In this document: in pieces, positions 48,400-60,750 of the stretch
How positions within the stretch are numbered: the stretch's first letter is position 1
Layout of the letters: each line of letters opens with the position of its first letter
Source of the DNA: Raillietiella orientalis
Taxonomy: Eukaryota
DNA: 64,000 bases
Assembly: GCA_036172245.1 (NCBI GenBank)
Contig: JAYWIR010000021.1
Span: forward strand, 2,542,001-2,606,000
Direction of reading: 5' to 3'
Notes under the pieces: generated by a model
Told to the model about the DNA's origin: nothing
The model's input: only the letters and a program-made list of their open reading frames with translations
Databases searched by the model: none
Translations under genes and position numbers: made by a program

Positions 48400-49450
48400 T
48401 TCTATGGGAAACTTCACTCTGCTGGATTACTCCTGATACCCAGCTTCTTCTTCGAGAGCCGGCAGTGCGGTCTGGGTTTTGCCTAGGGCGCTTCAGATGG
48501 AAGTTTGAACCCTGGGTAGAGAAATCGTGGCTTCTGGGAACTGAACACGTTCGGATGCCTGAGGATTTGGAAAAAATCTCCTCACAGAGGTGTGGAAGGG
48601 ATGCTTTTTCTTCACATATCGAATAGCACTGTTTTGGAAGGCACTGGTAGAATACCTTCTGCCACTTGTGGACGAGAAAACCGAATGACCATGCAGATTA
48701 TGCATAATTTTTGATCAGGAGGAATTATTTAATTCGTCAGAAAAGGTTCTCATTTACGGGGCGAAGGTTTGAAGTCACAGAACTCCAGGAGAAGCTGCAA
48801 AGCGCCATCTGGAAAGAGAAAGAACTCGAGGAGAGGGAAAAGTCTCCAAACATTGTCAAGGCATTTTTCCAATCCTCTTAACAGATGAGCGATGGAAGAC
48901 AAAGGAAAAAAATGGAAACCTTGCGTATAGGTAATGATTTCTGACTTCACCTAGAAGAATCGGAAGGGAGCATTCTCCGTGGGCTAACTGTGTATGTCCA
49001 GAACGACTGTTGATTGAGAAGTCGAACGGGACCTTCCTCAATTGATCATTACGTATAATGGGACAAATCGTCAACATTATACAGACTGTTGGCGATCCCG
49101 TTACAAGGAGGCGATGGATAAAACCATCCACTGACTCAAGAGCTCCAGGTTAACTGCCTAAACTGAGATAAGGGAGGAGAACATCCCTATGAGTCCTGAT
49201 CACTACTTTCTCCTCCCGTCACCAGCGGTTGTGATGTAACGGGTCGCCCTCTGACACGGTTCCTTCTGCCCTGCAAAACAAAGTGGAGAGTATCCAGCGT
49301 CGATAAGCTTCTCGCAAAGATCCGTATATGTCCCCGGATGAGGACTTCGACGGATCCTTTTCTCAAAAATCCCAAAAAGATTTTCACCTTCCTTACGAGA
49401 ACTCACCCTTCTGCTCTTCATTACTGGAAAGAGGATATGGCTCTCTTTAT
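48400..49450 (-). mobile_element. Degenerate Jockey/I-like LINE RT remnant
   Basis: SRSGHTQLAH (~GFR.gHST..ql) and GLEKCLDNVWRLFPLLEF..GALQLL..R (~DlEKAFD.VWh.gLl.kl). Confidence 0.55.
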
Positions 49451-51766
49451 GGAAGAACTCTGGAAGAAAGGGGCTTTTGCAAGGGTGATGGAGTGGACAA
49501 CCAGAGGCGAGAAGTGGAAGTCCCTACTCCGTGGACTCTCCCTTGTCGCTGCTGAAGGCGATGGGGAGAACAGCTTGCCCATCACTTAGAGCCCTTCATC
49601 ACGAAAGCACTCCCTCTATTTCTGCTCCTTATGGATTTGTGTTCCCAAAAGGAATCTCACCTAGGGAAAAGAGAGGGATAGACAATCTCCTATTCCTAAG
49701 GAATGACTCTTTCCAAGTACCCTGGTTTCTGTGGGAAACTCCCCACAGAGCTCGTTTCCCATCCCCTTCTTGAAAGTCCTGCCTCAGAAATTCCGGAAAT
49801 TTCTCCCACATTCTGCAGACTTCTGGGTTACGACGGGAGGACAGGAAAAAGCCCTTCTATTTCATCCCTCGGGAGACGCCGCGCAATCCATTCCTTCCCT
49901 CTCTCCTTCCCTGGTGATACGTCTCTCTACAAATCTTTAAGGCGAAGACCTGATTTCCCTGAGACGCCACCCTCGGAGGCAAGAGGAGACCTTGGTTTTA
50001 TTGTGTTCCCCACTTTTTCAACTATCGGTGAGCATACTGGAGGCTTCTCGTCAGGGGTGAGGAATGAAAGGTAACCTCTTTCCTCTTCGTGGAGGTGAGA
50101 TGCGCCTCCTTGTGTCATGCCTCTCTCTTGATCTCACCAATCATACAGAGGACTGGACTTCAGCGTGGAGAGACTGATGGAGGTCTCACATTTTGGAAAG
50201 TGGGGAGCTGGAGGAGGTAGAGGGAGATGTTCTCGCAAACCAGAACCTTGAAAAAGCACTCTAATTCTCCTATTCAATACCACTTTCGGGGTCCAGTGCT
50301 CGCGTTCATTCTCCCCTATTCAGGAGCACCGAAGGGTCTAGAGGTCAGTATCTGTCGCGCGAGACCTCAGAGCGGTCACACGCGAAGGACTCGTGCAGCT
50401 TGCAGTACGAAAAGCCGTTTGTTTCTGTTACTCTATTCACCTCCTTTGAATCTCTTATTAATAAAGACGTTGATGAAGTGAGCTCCTCTTTGGCGATCAT
50501 CCAGAACGCTTAATTACCATGGCTCATCAGGCTGGGTTATGCACTGCGATGGATTCTCAGACCAGATCCAAACGGTTTTCCTTTACCAGCAATAGAACGA
50601 AACTTGCACAAGTACATCAGTGCTACAAGACTGAAGATGCGGAATGTTAAGATTTCTCCTCCACAGATATGTATGAAAAGGACATCACCAAATTATGTGT
50701 CACATTTACCTAGAGCAAACAGATTTATTAGTTGATAATTTTAACCATCCATTTTTTTCCAAGGTTTCAAGTGTTTCCTCGAGTTTTACCAATTAAAAAA
50801 AATTGAATGATAAGTATAATAATGGCTCATCAGCTGCAATTGAAAAGGAACGAAAATTGTTGAGGGATAAAAAAATTCATGCTGGAGGCCATATAAATAA
50901 TACAGACAGAACTTTCTAGATCCAAAAAAATCTAAAAAATCTTCGAATTTTCAACTTTTGCGATAAAAACACGACTTAATAATAAACAGTAACATAATAA
51001 CAGTAACAGAATAGCACGAAATGAAGTCCAAAAGTAAAATAGTCATAAAAGTAATTAAAAAACAGCAGCTTTAGAATTTAGAATTCATGCTGTTCACAGT
51101 TTTGATATCCTTCTTCCATTTTCTGAAGCTCTCCATTTACACAATAGATTACAAAACTAATTATCTAACAAGCTGAAATGTGCATTCACTAAAGATATTA
51201 ATTGCTACAGCAAACTAATGAAGCAGAGAAACAGAAAACACTATTTTTCTTCACTCATATTTCTTCCTTATGTTTCAGTGACACAATCATACTTGATAAA
51301 GCTCGTTATACAATTGAGAATACTTGAAATTATGTTAAAAGCAGAAAATTTTACTCAATCAACCTCCCTTCCTCATTTTTAAAGAGTATGATTTCAATTG
51401 TTCTGAGAGATTTCTTTCAAATCTTGTGCTTTTTTATAATTCTAAGTTCTTTCTATAGTAATTTGATTACTTAGCGAAAAGAATATTTTACGTTATGAAT
51501 TCATCAGTGAAAAAACAGCAGCTTTTTCGTTTGCTAGTAATGCTTTCAAAGTTATTTATTTGGTCATTTGTAATGTTGAAAAAAGAAATACCTAATTTTT
51601 GCAACAGACTGATTCATCTTTTGTATTCCATGGAGTTTTTTGAAAAATATGCATGCTTGTTTACCAATTACTGATAAATGCTTTCTAGTCATTAACTAGG
51701 CAATATCTCCGGTTCTGTAGCGAAAGAAGCAAAACCAAAAGAAGCTTCTCTTTTAAAAAATTCAAC

Positions 51767-51809
51767 ATGGTAACCCTGCACACTTCTTCGTTATCTGGTT
51801 AAGGTAAAG
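51767..51809 (+). promoter_or_regulatory. Candidate UFSP2 core promoter and non-coding first-exon donor
   Basis: ATGGTAACCCTG (resembles TGGCAAC-type housekeeping promoter motifs) is followed by a donor-like AAG|GTAAAG at 51803/51804, ~480 nt upstream of the ATG. Inference only. Confidence 0.25.
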
Positions 51810-52279
51810 ATGAAATGCATTCCCCAGGTGAATGCACAAATCTATGTAGATTATTTGCATGCTACAATATGATGTGTATACCATTATGTGCACACACGCA
51901 CATCAGTATTCCTTTTATGCAGCGTAAGCGTGTCAGAGCACATGTATGTGTGATTGCATGTGCGTGATCAGATGTTATTGATATGTGTGTTGGTTTGTAA
52001 TTTATCCATCCATAGATACGTAACTATAGATAGACATAAGCACTTTACAGAATCGTTTGCAAATACAGTTTACTAGCATAAGAAGTAAATACGTATTTAT
52101 ATTAAAATTGTAGATACGCATAATAGGACAAGATGCAGATGCTTAGAAACCATGGAACATACAACCACACAGCAGCTGCTGGTAACTTGAAGGCGTTCAT
52201 CCTCTAGTGTATTGTGATCAGTTACTAACTTAATTTCGTTCAAAAGATTGAACCCTGTACGTGATTTGTCGATGTAGTC

Positions 52280-54457
52280 ATGGATGTGAACCCAAATCCA
52301 AGACAGCAAAGTGCAATTATCCGATTAAGTTCTGCAGAAGTCTTAGAGCCTTCAGATGCCAATTTAATTCTAAGCACAACATTACTGAAGGTAGTCAACA
52401 TTGCACATTTTGATGTAATACAATGTATTATTAGATTGAACCAGCTTTATCAGAAAAATGCATTGGTATCTTGTTTGGTCTCAGATCAGATAATTGTATA
52501 TCATGCGTTTCTGCTGTCTCAACAGATAAATTGAACAATCAGTTCATAGCAGCGTATCCAGCGGGTATATGTCCAATAGGTTTTTTCTGTTTAGGCCTGC
52601 ATAGTTTAGATCCACAGCAACTAGAAGTACCAAGTGATCTGTTGAGCCTTATCTCAGTAAGATCTTTGTCTTTATTGATCGTTGTTAATTTTAAGTATAA
52701 AAAGAACAAAAGAATGCAACAATAACTTAGATTTGTCTTGCATTTTATCGGAAATCATTTCAGGATATGCTGAACATGGGAAACAACTCTGAAACAAATA
52801 TGGTAATGTTGTTTGGTACCAACATACAAAACATTGCTACATACGATCTAAATGCTGATGGAAATTTAAAGAAATTATCTCATCAGTTCCTTGATTCATC
52901 ATACATTTGGGAAAACTATTACTGTCATTCAGTCTCATTAGATTCATTTTTGTCCTTTTCACATGATTGTTCTGATTTAATAGAAGCTGTAGGGGCTTTA
53001 AATAATTGCATCAAATGCTGCACATGCTACTTCATTAATAATCCATCCTGCATTTTGAAAAGCTCTAAGAAGGAAGATGTTTGTTTGAGTTTAAGTGAAC
53101 GAACTTTCGATGGAAGTAATGTTTGGAATGTTGTACTACAAGATAGAGAGAAAAAAAGGCATTCTAAGGAAAAAAAAATTATGTTCAGTGAAGTATGGTC
53201 CTGGTTGTGGAGCTAACGTGTTAGGCTACCTCCATAGATTGATGTTACTTGGACAGCCCTACAACTGCTCAAATCCAATGAAAATAATCATGCTCCTATT
53301 ATTAGATACACTAAAGGTAAATTTCTCGAAAATATGTTCCCCGGATTTGAATATTTTACTGATTGTTAGAAAACAAAGAGTGGATCCGGGTTCAGATTCA
53401 GCTTAGAGCTCTGGCAGTAGTCCATCATCAGGATACCTTAGCTGTAGTTTACCATAAACTGCAGGATGCACTCCTGCGCCAACTAGTACTTTGGGAATCA
53501 TGCTTTTCTCAAATGCTACTGAACCAAAATAAGTTGGACAAGATTTCATTATATCATTTCCGACCTGATGTGTGTAGCACAGCAATTACAATTGCTTATC
53601 CAGAAAGTTACAGTGATGAACAACTTGGTACTTATGTGAAAGAGATTTAACTTTCAACTCGTATCGATCCATTCTATATTTTAGTGGATTGGAGAGAAAA
53701 ATTACATGAAACATATATGGTAAAATCAGCATATCCTCAATTTCGCAAAGGCTGTGTGTGGAATCGAAATGATACTTATCATATATGCAATCCTCACATG
53801 TCATTGGTGAAAAGTGCTAACACTAACGTGGCTGCTGTTAGAGGAACCTATGCTTATTATCACTACCTCCAAGATGGGATTTCAGATGAAGGATGGGGTT
53901 GTGCCTACCGATCCTTACAAACCTTAGCATCTTGGCTGCGCCATCAGGGCTATACTGATAAGCCTGTACCCACACACCGTGAAATTCAGGAAACTCTGGT
54001 AGCTGTAAGGGATAAGTCTCCTGATTTTATCAATTCCTGCAAATGGATTGGATCAACAGAAGTCAGCTATGTACTACAACATTTGTTTAATATTCCCAGT
54101 AAAATTTTATTTGTGAGCAATGGCAGTGAATTAAGTGACTATGGGAGGGAGTTGCAAGTCCATTTCTTAACTCATGGTTCTCCTATCATGATAGGTCAAT
54201 TGTTTATACACTGTAATGTTTCGACTATGTTTGTGCTCTTTGTAGGTGGAGGTGTTTTGGCTCATACCATCTTGGGAGTGGACTTCAATCCTCAAACTGG
54301 TTCTCTTCGGTTTCTCATTCTGGACCCACATTACACTGGTCTAGATGACATACATTCCATTTTGGCACATGGGGGCTGTGCATGGAAAGGAACCAACTTC
54401 TGGAACACAAGGGCTCACTACAATCTATGTCTGCCCATTCCTCCAAAATGTATCTGA
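52280..54457 (+). CDS. UFSP2: Ufm1-specific protease 2 (peptidase C78), 606 aa, 7 exons
   Basis: Exons 52280-52390, 52435-52656, 52764-53192, 53238-53316, 53370-53627, 53685-54194, 54246-54457 (1821 nt, all GT-AG, one open frame). Catalytic motifs YYHY..GWGCAYRSLQT, WIGSTEV, PIMIGGGVLAHTILG, ILDPHY, YNLCLP. The exact start is less certain: a possible upstream exon 52133-52181 could splice to 52278. Confidence 0.93.
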
Positions 54458-54465
54458 TGTGCAGT

Positions 54466-54479
54466 AATAAATCTTTATT
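54466..54479. terminator. Back-to-back polyadenylation signals (AATAAA on + for UFSP2, AATAAA on - for Rad6)
   Basis: AATAAA-TC-TTTATT starts 9 nt after the UFSP2 stop and lies ~97 nt past the Rad6 stop, within the 118-bp gap between the stops. Confidence 0.7.
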
Positions 54480-54575
54480 CTCTCAAAAGAAACAAATCTT
54501 CATGTGCAGTGGAATTCACTGCTTGTTGCATATAGCACCATGTACATTCTATATAACACTGAATAACACCATTTG

Positions 54576-56928
54576 TTAAGACTTTTTTTCCTCTTCTGGC
54601 AAATCATCTTCAGCAAAATTGAGCCATGACTGCTCCACAATAGCTGCTACTCTCTTTTCATACTCACGTCTATTTTCTTGATATAATTGGGCAGCAAGAG
54701 AGTTTGCAGGTGAATTTGGATTTGGCTCATCTAGTAAAGACTGCAGCACACAATGTTATGGATGCATGAGTCAAATGTATCACCTGAATTGAAGTCAAAA
54801 TGGCTGATACATCATAAGTAGGGCTCCACCGGTTTTGCAGAATGTCTAAGCAAATTCCTCCATCAGCATATACATTGGGATGAAACATTTTTGATACAAA
54901 TCTAACTGTAGGAGGTTTATTAGGATACTCTTCTGTGAATTCTAAACTAAGCTTAAAAGTTCCATCTTCAAAAGGAGTATCATGAGGTCTGCAAACAATT
55001 TAGGAAATGTATTATGGGTACATACTACATACCCAAATATAACAGCATTCCATACCATAATGTTGTTATCAGTTGGAGCACCACTCACTCCAGCTGGAGG
55101 ATCTTCTTGTAATCTAAGCAACAGTTAATTTATTATTTTTTGCTGTCATTATTATGATCTCTGAATAAAAAGAATAAAAACCAAGAAATTCAAGCTTTAA
55201 TGCTCATCAAAAATTTAAGTCAGCAGTTTTTAAAACAGGAAGCCAATCTAAGGTGGTGCAAAAAAACATCAGCAAAGTTGGATACACAAAAAGAGAAAGA
55301 GCAAGGCTCGTTCAAGATTGTAGAGTTTGTTCTCTACATGACAAAATAAAACTGCAAAATAAACAAATAAGTCTGGAATAGTAACCAGGACCTCCTATAA
55401 AACCAAATATTGATTTCACCAACTAGCATGACAAATATACTATTACATGGTGAGACTTGCGATTCTACTTTATTTTTTGGAAAACAAAGATATGAATAAC
55501 ATTTGCAAAAATAATAAAATCAAAACATCTCAGACAAAAGAAGTACTGACAGAGTTTAAAGAACAAAGTTATATGGGATTCTCAGATCAGTTTTTCATAG
55601 ACAATTTTTATGAAAACAAATTTATTAAAGCAGCTATTGCCTTTTAATTTTATTTGTCTCAAAACACGAAATAATTTTAACAAGTGTACAAGACAACAAA
55701 ATGAGTTGACAAAATGACAACAAAATACTAAATTTTTATTTCAAACATGAAGCATCAGAGTAAACAGAATATTACTATAACATCCATACTATCAAAAAAT
55801 TAATGTAAACCACTGCCATAACCAATCCAGATGTTGTGAAATAATTTCTGGCAATTATTTCACTGCTGTATAAAAAATCAAACACAAAAACTTATTACAA
55901 CAAACACAAACAAAACACTTTTCAACAAAAACTTAAATGACTAGTTTCACAAAAACCATAGCTGTTCAGTATTCATGCTAGGAGAACACATATATAGAAA
56001 ACTACGTAAGGAAACTTTTGCTTCCTTTTGTATTATGTAGAATTTTTTTGAACTCTTTACTCTGAAAGGCATCAAGTAACCAGAAAATAGTGCTTGGAAA
56101 TAATTTGTTGCTTTTTTACCAGAAATTGATTCTTTATGACTGCTACTTGATCTACTCAATTTTATTCAAAAGGTAACTATACAGGATATTTTATTTGGCA
56201 TAAAAAATAGAAGCAAGTAGACTGATTACAAATAGATATAAACTGAGAATTTGTAGCACACAAACACTACAAATTCTGCTGCAATACTGCCATATTATTA
56301 GAAATTTATGAAAGAAACATACTTCATGAAATGGAAGTTCTGGCTGTATTGAAGTACCCTTTTTAAATACATGACTTTTGGGGGTTTCTATAACGAAACA
56401 ATTCTTACAACACATCCCAAGGAAGTCTTAGTGAAAATTGAAGAACTAGCACATGATGGTATTCCATTAAAGAAACTAAATATTAGCTTCAAATAAAGCA
56501 ACCTTAAGCATGACACTCAACCTAAACCATAACGCAATTCACTATTAATTTATTGGTGAATCGAAACACATATTCAGGAAAACACAAAAGGAAACTAACT
56601 GCAAATGTAGTAAAGCAAAAAGTCTATCCGGTGTCCATTTGAAGTTTAAGTGAAAAAGTCTACTATCGTTATAAATTAAACCTGATACGTAATAAAACGA
56701 AAACTCTGTTTGGTATACATTACTACAACAAATTTACAGTACGGTGGGGAAAGGGAAATCCTCGAAATTCTCAACAACCAAAGATTTTCAAATAGCAGTA
56801 ATCTTGAGCAATCTAATAATGTTTTCGGGGACACTAGGTATCATAATTAGTACTTGACACTATAACCAAAAAAAAGTCACCAACCTTTTAAAGTCTCTCA
56901 TTAAACGTCTTCTTGCAGGGGTTGACAT
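54576..56928 (-). CDS. UBE2A: Ubiquitin-conjugating enzyme E2 Rad6/UBE2A (UbcD6 ortholog), 164 aa, 4 exons
   Basis: Exons 56928-56885, 55113-55033, 54988-54784, 54740-54576 give [125 protein letters not shown] motif and catalytic Cys present. Absent from the ORF track because it is split by introns. Confidence 0.97.
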
Positions 56929-57395
56929 ATTATTTATTTCTCTGTCTTCAAATAGTTTCGTATTCTAAGATACATGAACGCTTTTTATAACAGGTTACAC
57001 AGTGAAAATCTAAAATAACCGTTTCATCATATGCAACTGTTTAAAACTTGTTAACTGTGCTAACCAAAGATTAACTTGTTCTTTTGTAAATTTTATGCAT
57101 TCAATCTTAGTCTTATTACAATTTATGCGCATATGACTGCGTGATACACATATGATTTATAAGAATTCAGCAAAAAAAAACTTCCACCAATTCTACTTAA
57201 CAGCATCACAGTCTCCAAAGCCTATCTTAAATTATAAAATCCAAATTAGGTCCGAATTACAAATACATAAGAGAAGCCAGCAAACACTTTTCAACAAGTA
57301 ATTAAGTATCATGAACAAGTAACAGCAACAACCTACACTTTCGTCTCCAGCAATCGCAAGAACGCACTGCTGACAAAAACTTTTCCAGCCGCATA

Positions 57396-57430
<35 letters not shown>

Positions 57431-57599
57431 TTTGCTATTTTGGAGGAAAAGTGTTTCTCACCTCGCTGCAAGCAAAACAGTACATTTTAATTTTTAAAAT
57501 TCCTCGTACCTATGCATTCGAGAGGTGATAAGGACTTATTTATCTGGGAGGAGCGACGGGAACCTGTGAAAGTTCACTCAATTTGTGATCTCGAACACT

Positions 57600-58500
57600 C
57601 TTAAACCACCGTCAGAGTTTTTCGAGCTGCAAAAATCAGAATGAGGTGAGGCCCAGAAAGGGACCGAGCACAATCCTTTCAGAAGTTTCACTCCGTGTCA
57701 CTGAGGTCAATTCGTCATCGGCAAAAGGATGAAATTGGCAACCGTAGGGAGCCAAGATGTCTGCAGAAGTTTTCTCTTCAGAAGCACAGTTTGGTAAGAG
57801 ATGCTGGGGTGCAAGAGCTGTCATGAGCCATAAACACAAAAAGGACTGATGAAATCCATCTAATCAAGAATTTCACAAGTCGGGAAGCTTTCCATCTTTT
57901 TTTTTTTGAGGAAACAAATGCTGGTGAAATTTCGGACGGATATAATTACAAAAAGTATCACACAATCGACTCCATGTCTCTACATCCTTCTCCAGAAGAC
58001 TGCCTTTTTTTTTTTTTTGTCTCGCAGCATGTTTGCTTCCTCAATTCAATGAAATCTCGCTTTTAATACTCCAAGTGGACGAATCTTAATTAGGCAGATA
58101 ATATTTCTATCAAAATTGATGATATTCCAAACAATCCACAGAAACGGAAACTTCTGATGATCACCCGCAATCAAGAATTCTAAGGACACCTTCTTCGTCT
58201 TCCGTCGATTATATTGAGGATAACTGAGTTCCTCTGACGTGTGAAATCATTTGATTTATAACGTAATGTACATTGCAATCTTCCCGATTAAACCCACTCT
58301 TAACAACACCTCACATTAAACAGAGAACCATAATTATTCCCTATGCTACCCAACTCGAATGAATATCCTTCCTTGAATATAGTAACCAAATCCTCAACGG
58401 ATTCATACGGCAATCCTTAGACAATAGGCACAAAGCTGAAATTTGACTGGCACTTTTTGTGACTAGGATGACATATCTCTCCTAAATCATTGCTTCAGAA
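57600..58500 (-). mobile_element. Possible pogo/Tigger-like DDE transposase remnant
   Basis: NIINFD (~ifN.DET, ~58110) precedes LWLMTALAPQH..ILAPYGCQFHPFADD (~lllDn..H..LPpn.T..QP.D). Weak. Confidence 0.25.
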
Positions 58501-59899
58501 AACGGATGCTGCTTCCGGAATTCGTAACTCTTGCTTGAAAGAGTTCTCAACAATTTTTTCCTAGTCATCCTTGTGATGTCAACTGTGAGTAAACCTGTTA
58601 ATCATTTGATGATGACTGCATTTGATTGTTGGAGTCAGGAGTTAAACACTAACCATGCCAAACATTGAAGCTTTATATCTTCGAGTAACAGCAATGGCAT
58701 ACTCTTTTTATGCCTCGTAATCATTTCGCAATAGTTCCTGGGCTCACAGCATTTGGAAATGGACTGGAATTTCGTTTACGAACTTAGGTCCGAGTGTTAC
58801 AAAAAAGAAAGCAAATTCAAGCTGTTTTTTTATTATGATCGTTAATACCGGAAATGAAGAGTACTCTAACTTTATTAGCCATCATAGATGCGTGAGGTAT
58901 CATTTTTTTGTCTTTGGATTAAGAGCGATTGTTTCCAAAATATGCAGACTAATATGATAAGATCACAAAAAAAGGAATCTCACACTTGCAAAGATCTACA
59001 CTAATATGAAAATGAGGTTGATTGCACACGGTGCTTAAGTACGTATGCACGTGGAGCTTGCATTTGTTTTCTTTTTTCTTTCATTTGTTTTCTGTTTCAT
59101 TTGTTTTCTTTCTTTGTTTTTCTTTTGTTTTCTCCTTTTACTCGTAAACACGAAAACTGCAGGATGAAATTTCATCTCTTTTCTCGTGCAGCCATTTTTT
59201 TTCATTGTATTTTATTCACAATGAGTTTGTAAACTTTAAAAACAGTCGTTGCTTTTTGATGTAAGGGAGTATCCGATTGCATCATGCTGTTTGTTTATGG
59301 GAAACTTATTTCGCAATCCACTGTAAATTTTGATTAGAAGTAATTTAATAGGCATAAGGACCCTGTGACCGCATAACAGTTAAATAACCAGGAAATAATA
59401 GCTGCGTTACTGAATTTTCTTGTGGTCAGTGAGCCTGAAAATTTCTAGATGAGTCGGGTCACCCTACAGGAAAGGTCACCGTGCATAGCAAATTTGAGTT
59501 CAAGTCTAATCAGGATCCCGACCGTTTTTCAGGAAGATTGTTACTCCTCTTGGAAAACGAGCTGTCTCACACTGTCCCAGAAGGTTTCAATACGGGAGAT
59601 GACCGCATCCATGACCTAAGGATGCTATGGTTCCGAAACTTTGACGGATCCTGCTGAAAGACTACACACAATGAGCACTGAACCAAGATCTTCGAGATCA
59701 TCTCAAGTACAAAATCTCAGTTTAGCTCTCTTAAACCAATTGGTGTACCTAATTGAAGAAGAAACAAAGTTCTATTCGCCACGCCAAAGCAGGGTGAGAT
59801 TGTTACCAAGAAAGGAAACGGCACTGGCCAACCAAGAGGACTACCAGTGAAGGCCAGTATCCATCTCCAATACGGATGCAAAGTAAGCAGCAAAGATCA

Positions 59900-60750
59900 G
59901 GGCTCCCCAAATAGGATCAGTGAATGACTCCCTTTAAACACATGCCGTTTCTGGACATATGAAAAAACAAGTGCGTCCAATTCATTTCTGGATTTCACAA
60001 AATCATCGGCAACGATCTGGTGCTGGACTTTGCTGACGTGTTGACTTTTTATTGCCTCTTTAATTGTTGAAAGAAGAGTTCTCATCTTTTAGAAAAGTAG
60101 ATTCGCAACCGCTTTCCAATGCTATCTCATCCGTTTCTACGAGTTGCTTAGGAAAGCATCCATGTGCGGTGACTGTTTCACGGCTCATATCCAGATTATG
60201 ATTCCAAAATAATTCACGAAACAATTTGATTTTGGAACATACCCTCTCCTTTGTGATGTTTTCCGCCTGGTTCCGCTGGATCATGTATTCTGATAACATC
60301 GTACATAACATCTGAATTCCAGGTGCCCAAGGAATGCCCTTGTTGACTCAGGGATTACATTGGCGCGGGAATGGAGTGCTAACTACTTGCATTCTCCTTC
60401 TTCCTTTGCTTTACATCGATGAGCTTTCAAAAGAGCAGGCAACACCCAGAATTTCAGTTCGTTTTTTCCTTGCGGAAACAAGTCGGGTCTGAGGGGAAAA
60501 TCGATTCCGGGTGTAGTCTGGCTGCAGGTCACCAGTCCCCAATTCTTCTAAGCGACTTTTTGGGTACAGACTGATATCTTGTCTTGTCTTAGTGAGATTC
60601 AAAGGCTGGCAGCAGATGTAGTGATTCTGGATATGAGCGAGCAATTCTTTCGGTTTTCGAAACATTCTGTCCTCTCTATTTCTGACGAACACAGCTGATA
60701 CTAGCATGAGGTCGAGCCATGCTGCATATATGAACCAGCGTTCACAGAAC
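59900..60750 (-). mobile_element. Possible gypsy integrase remnant
   Basis: HYICCQPLNLTK..GDLQPDY followed by KLFRELF..TAHGCFP..VE, in integrase zinc-finger/core order. Confidence 0.3.

Noticed and set aside
53193..53224. 32-nt intron using the first AG after the CTAAC branch site
   Set aside because: Splicing there hits a stop after 5 codons; the AG at 53236-53237 (45-nt intron) keeps the frame.
53684..54457. 257-aa ORF as a stand-alone UFSP1-like single-exon gene
   Set aside because: It begins at a splice acceptor (GTG, not ATG), reads through a 51-nt intron, and joins five upstream exons in frame to form UFSP2.
57398..59140. Poly(A) run near 57400 and T-rich repeats at ~59060-59140 as retrogene tails
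   Set aside because: No adjacent intronless coding sequence is recognisable; treated as simple low-complexity tracts.
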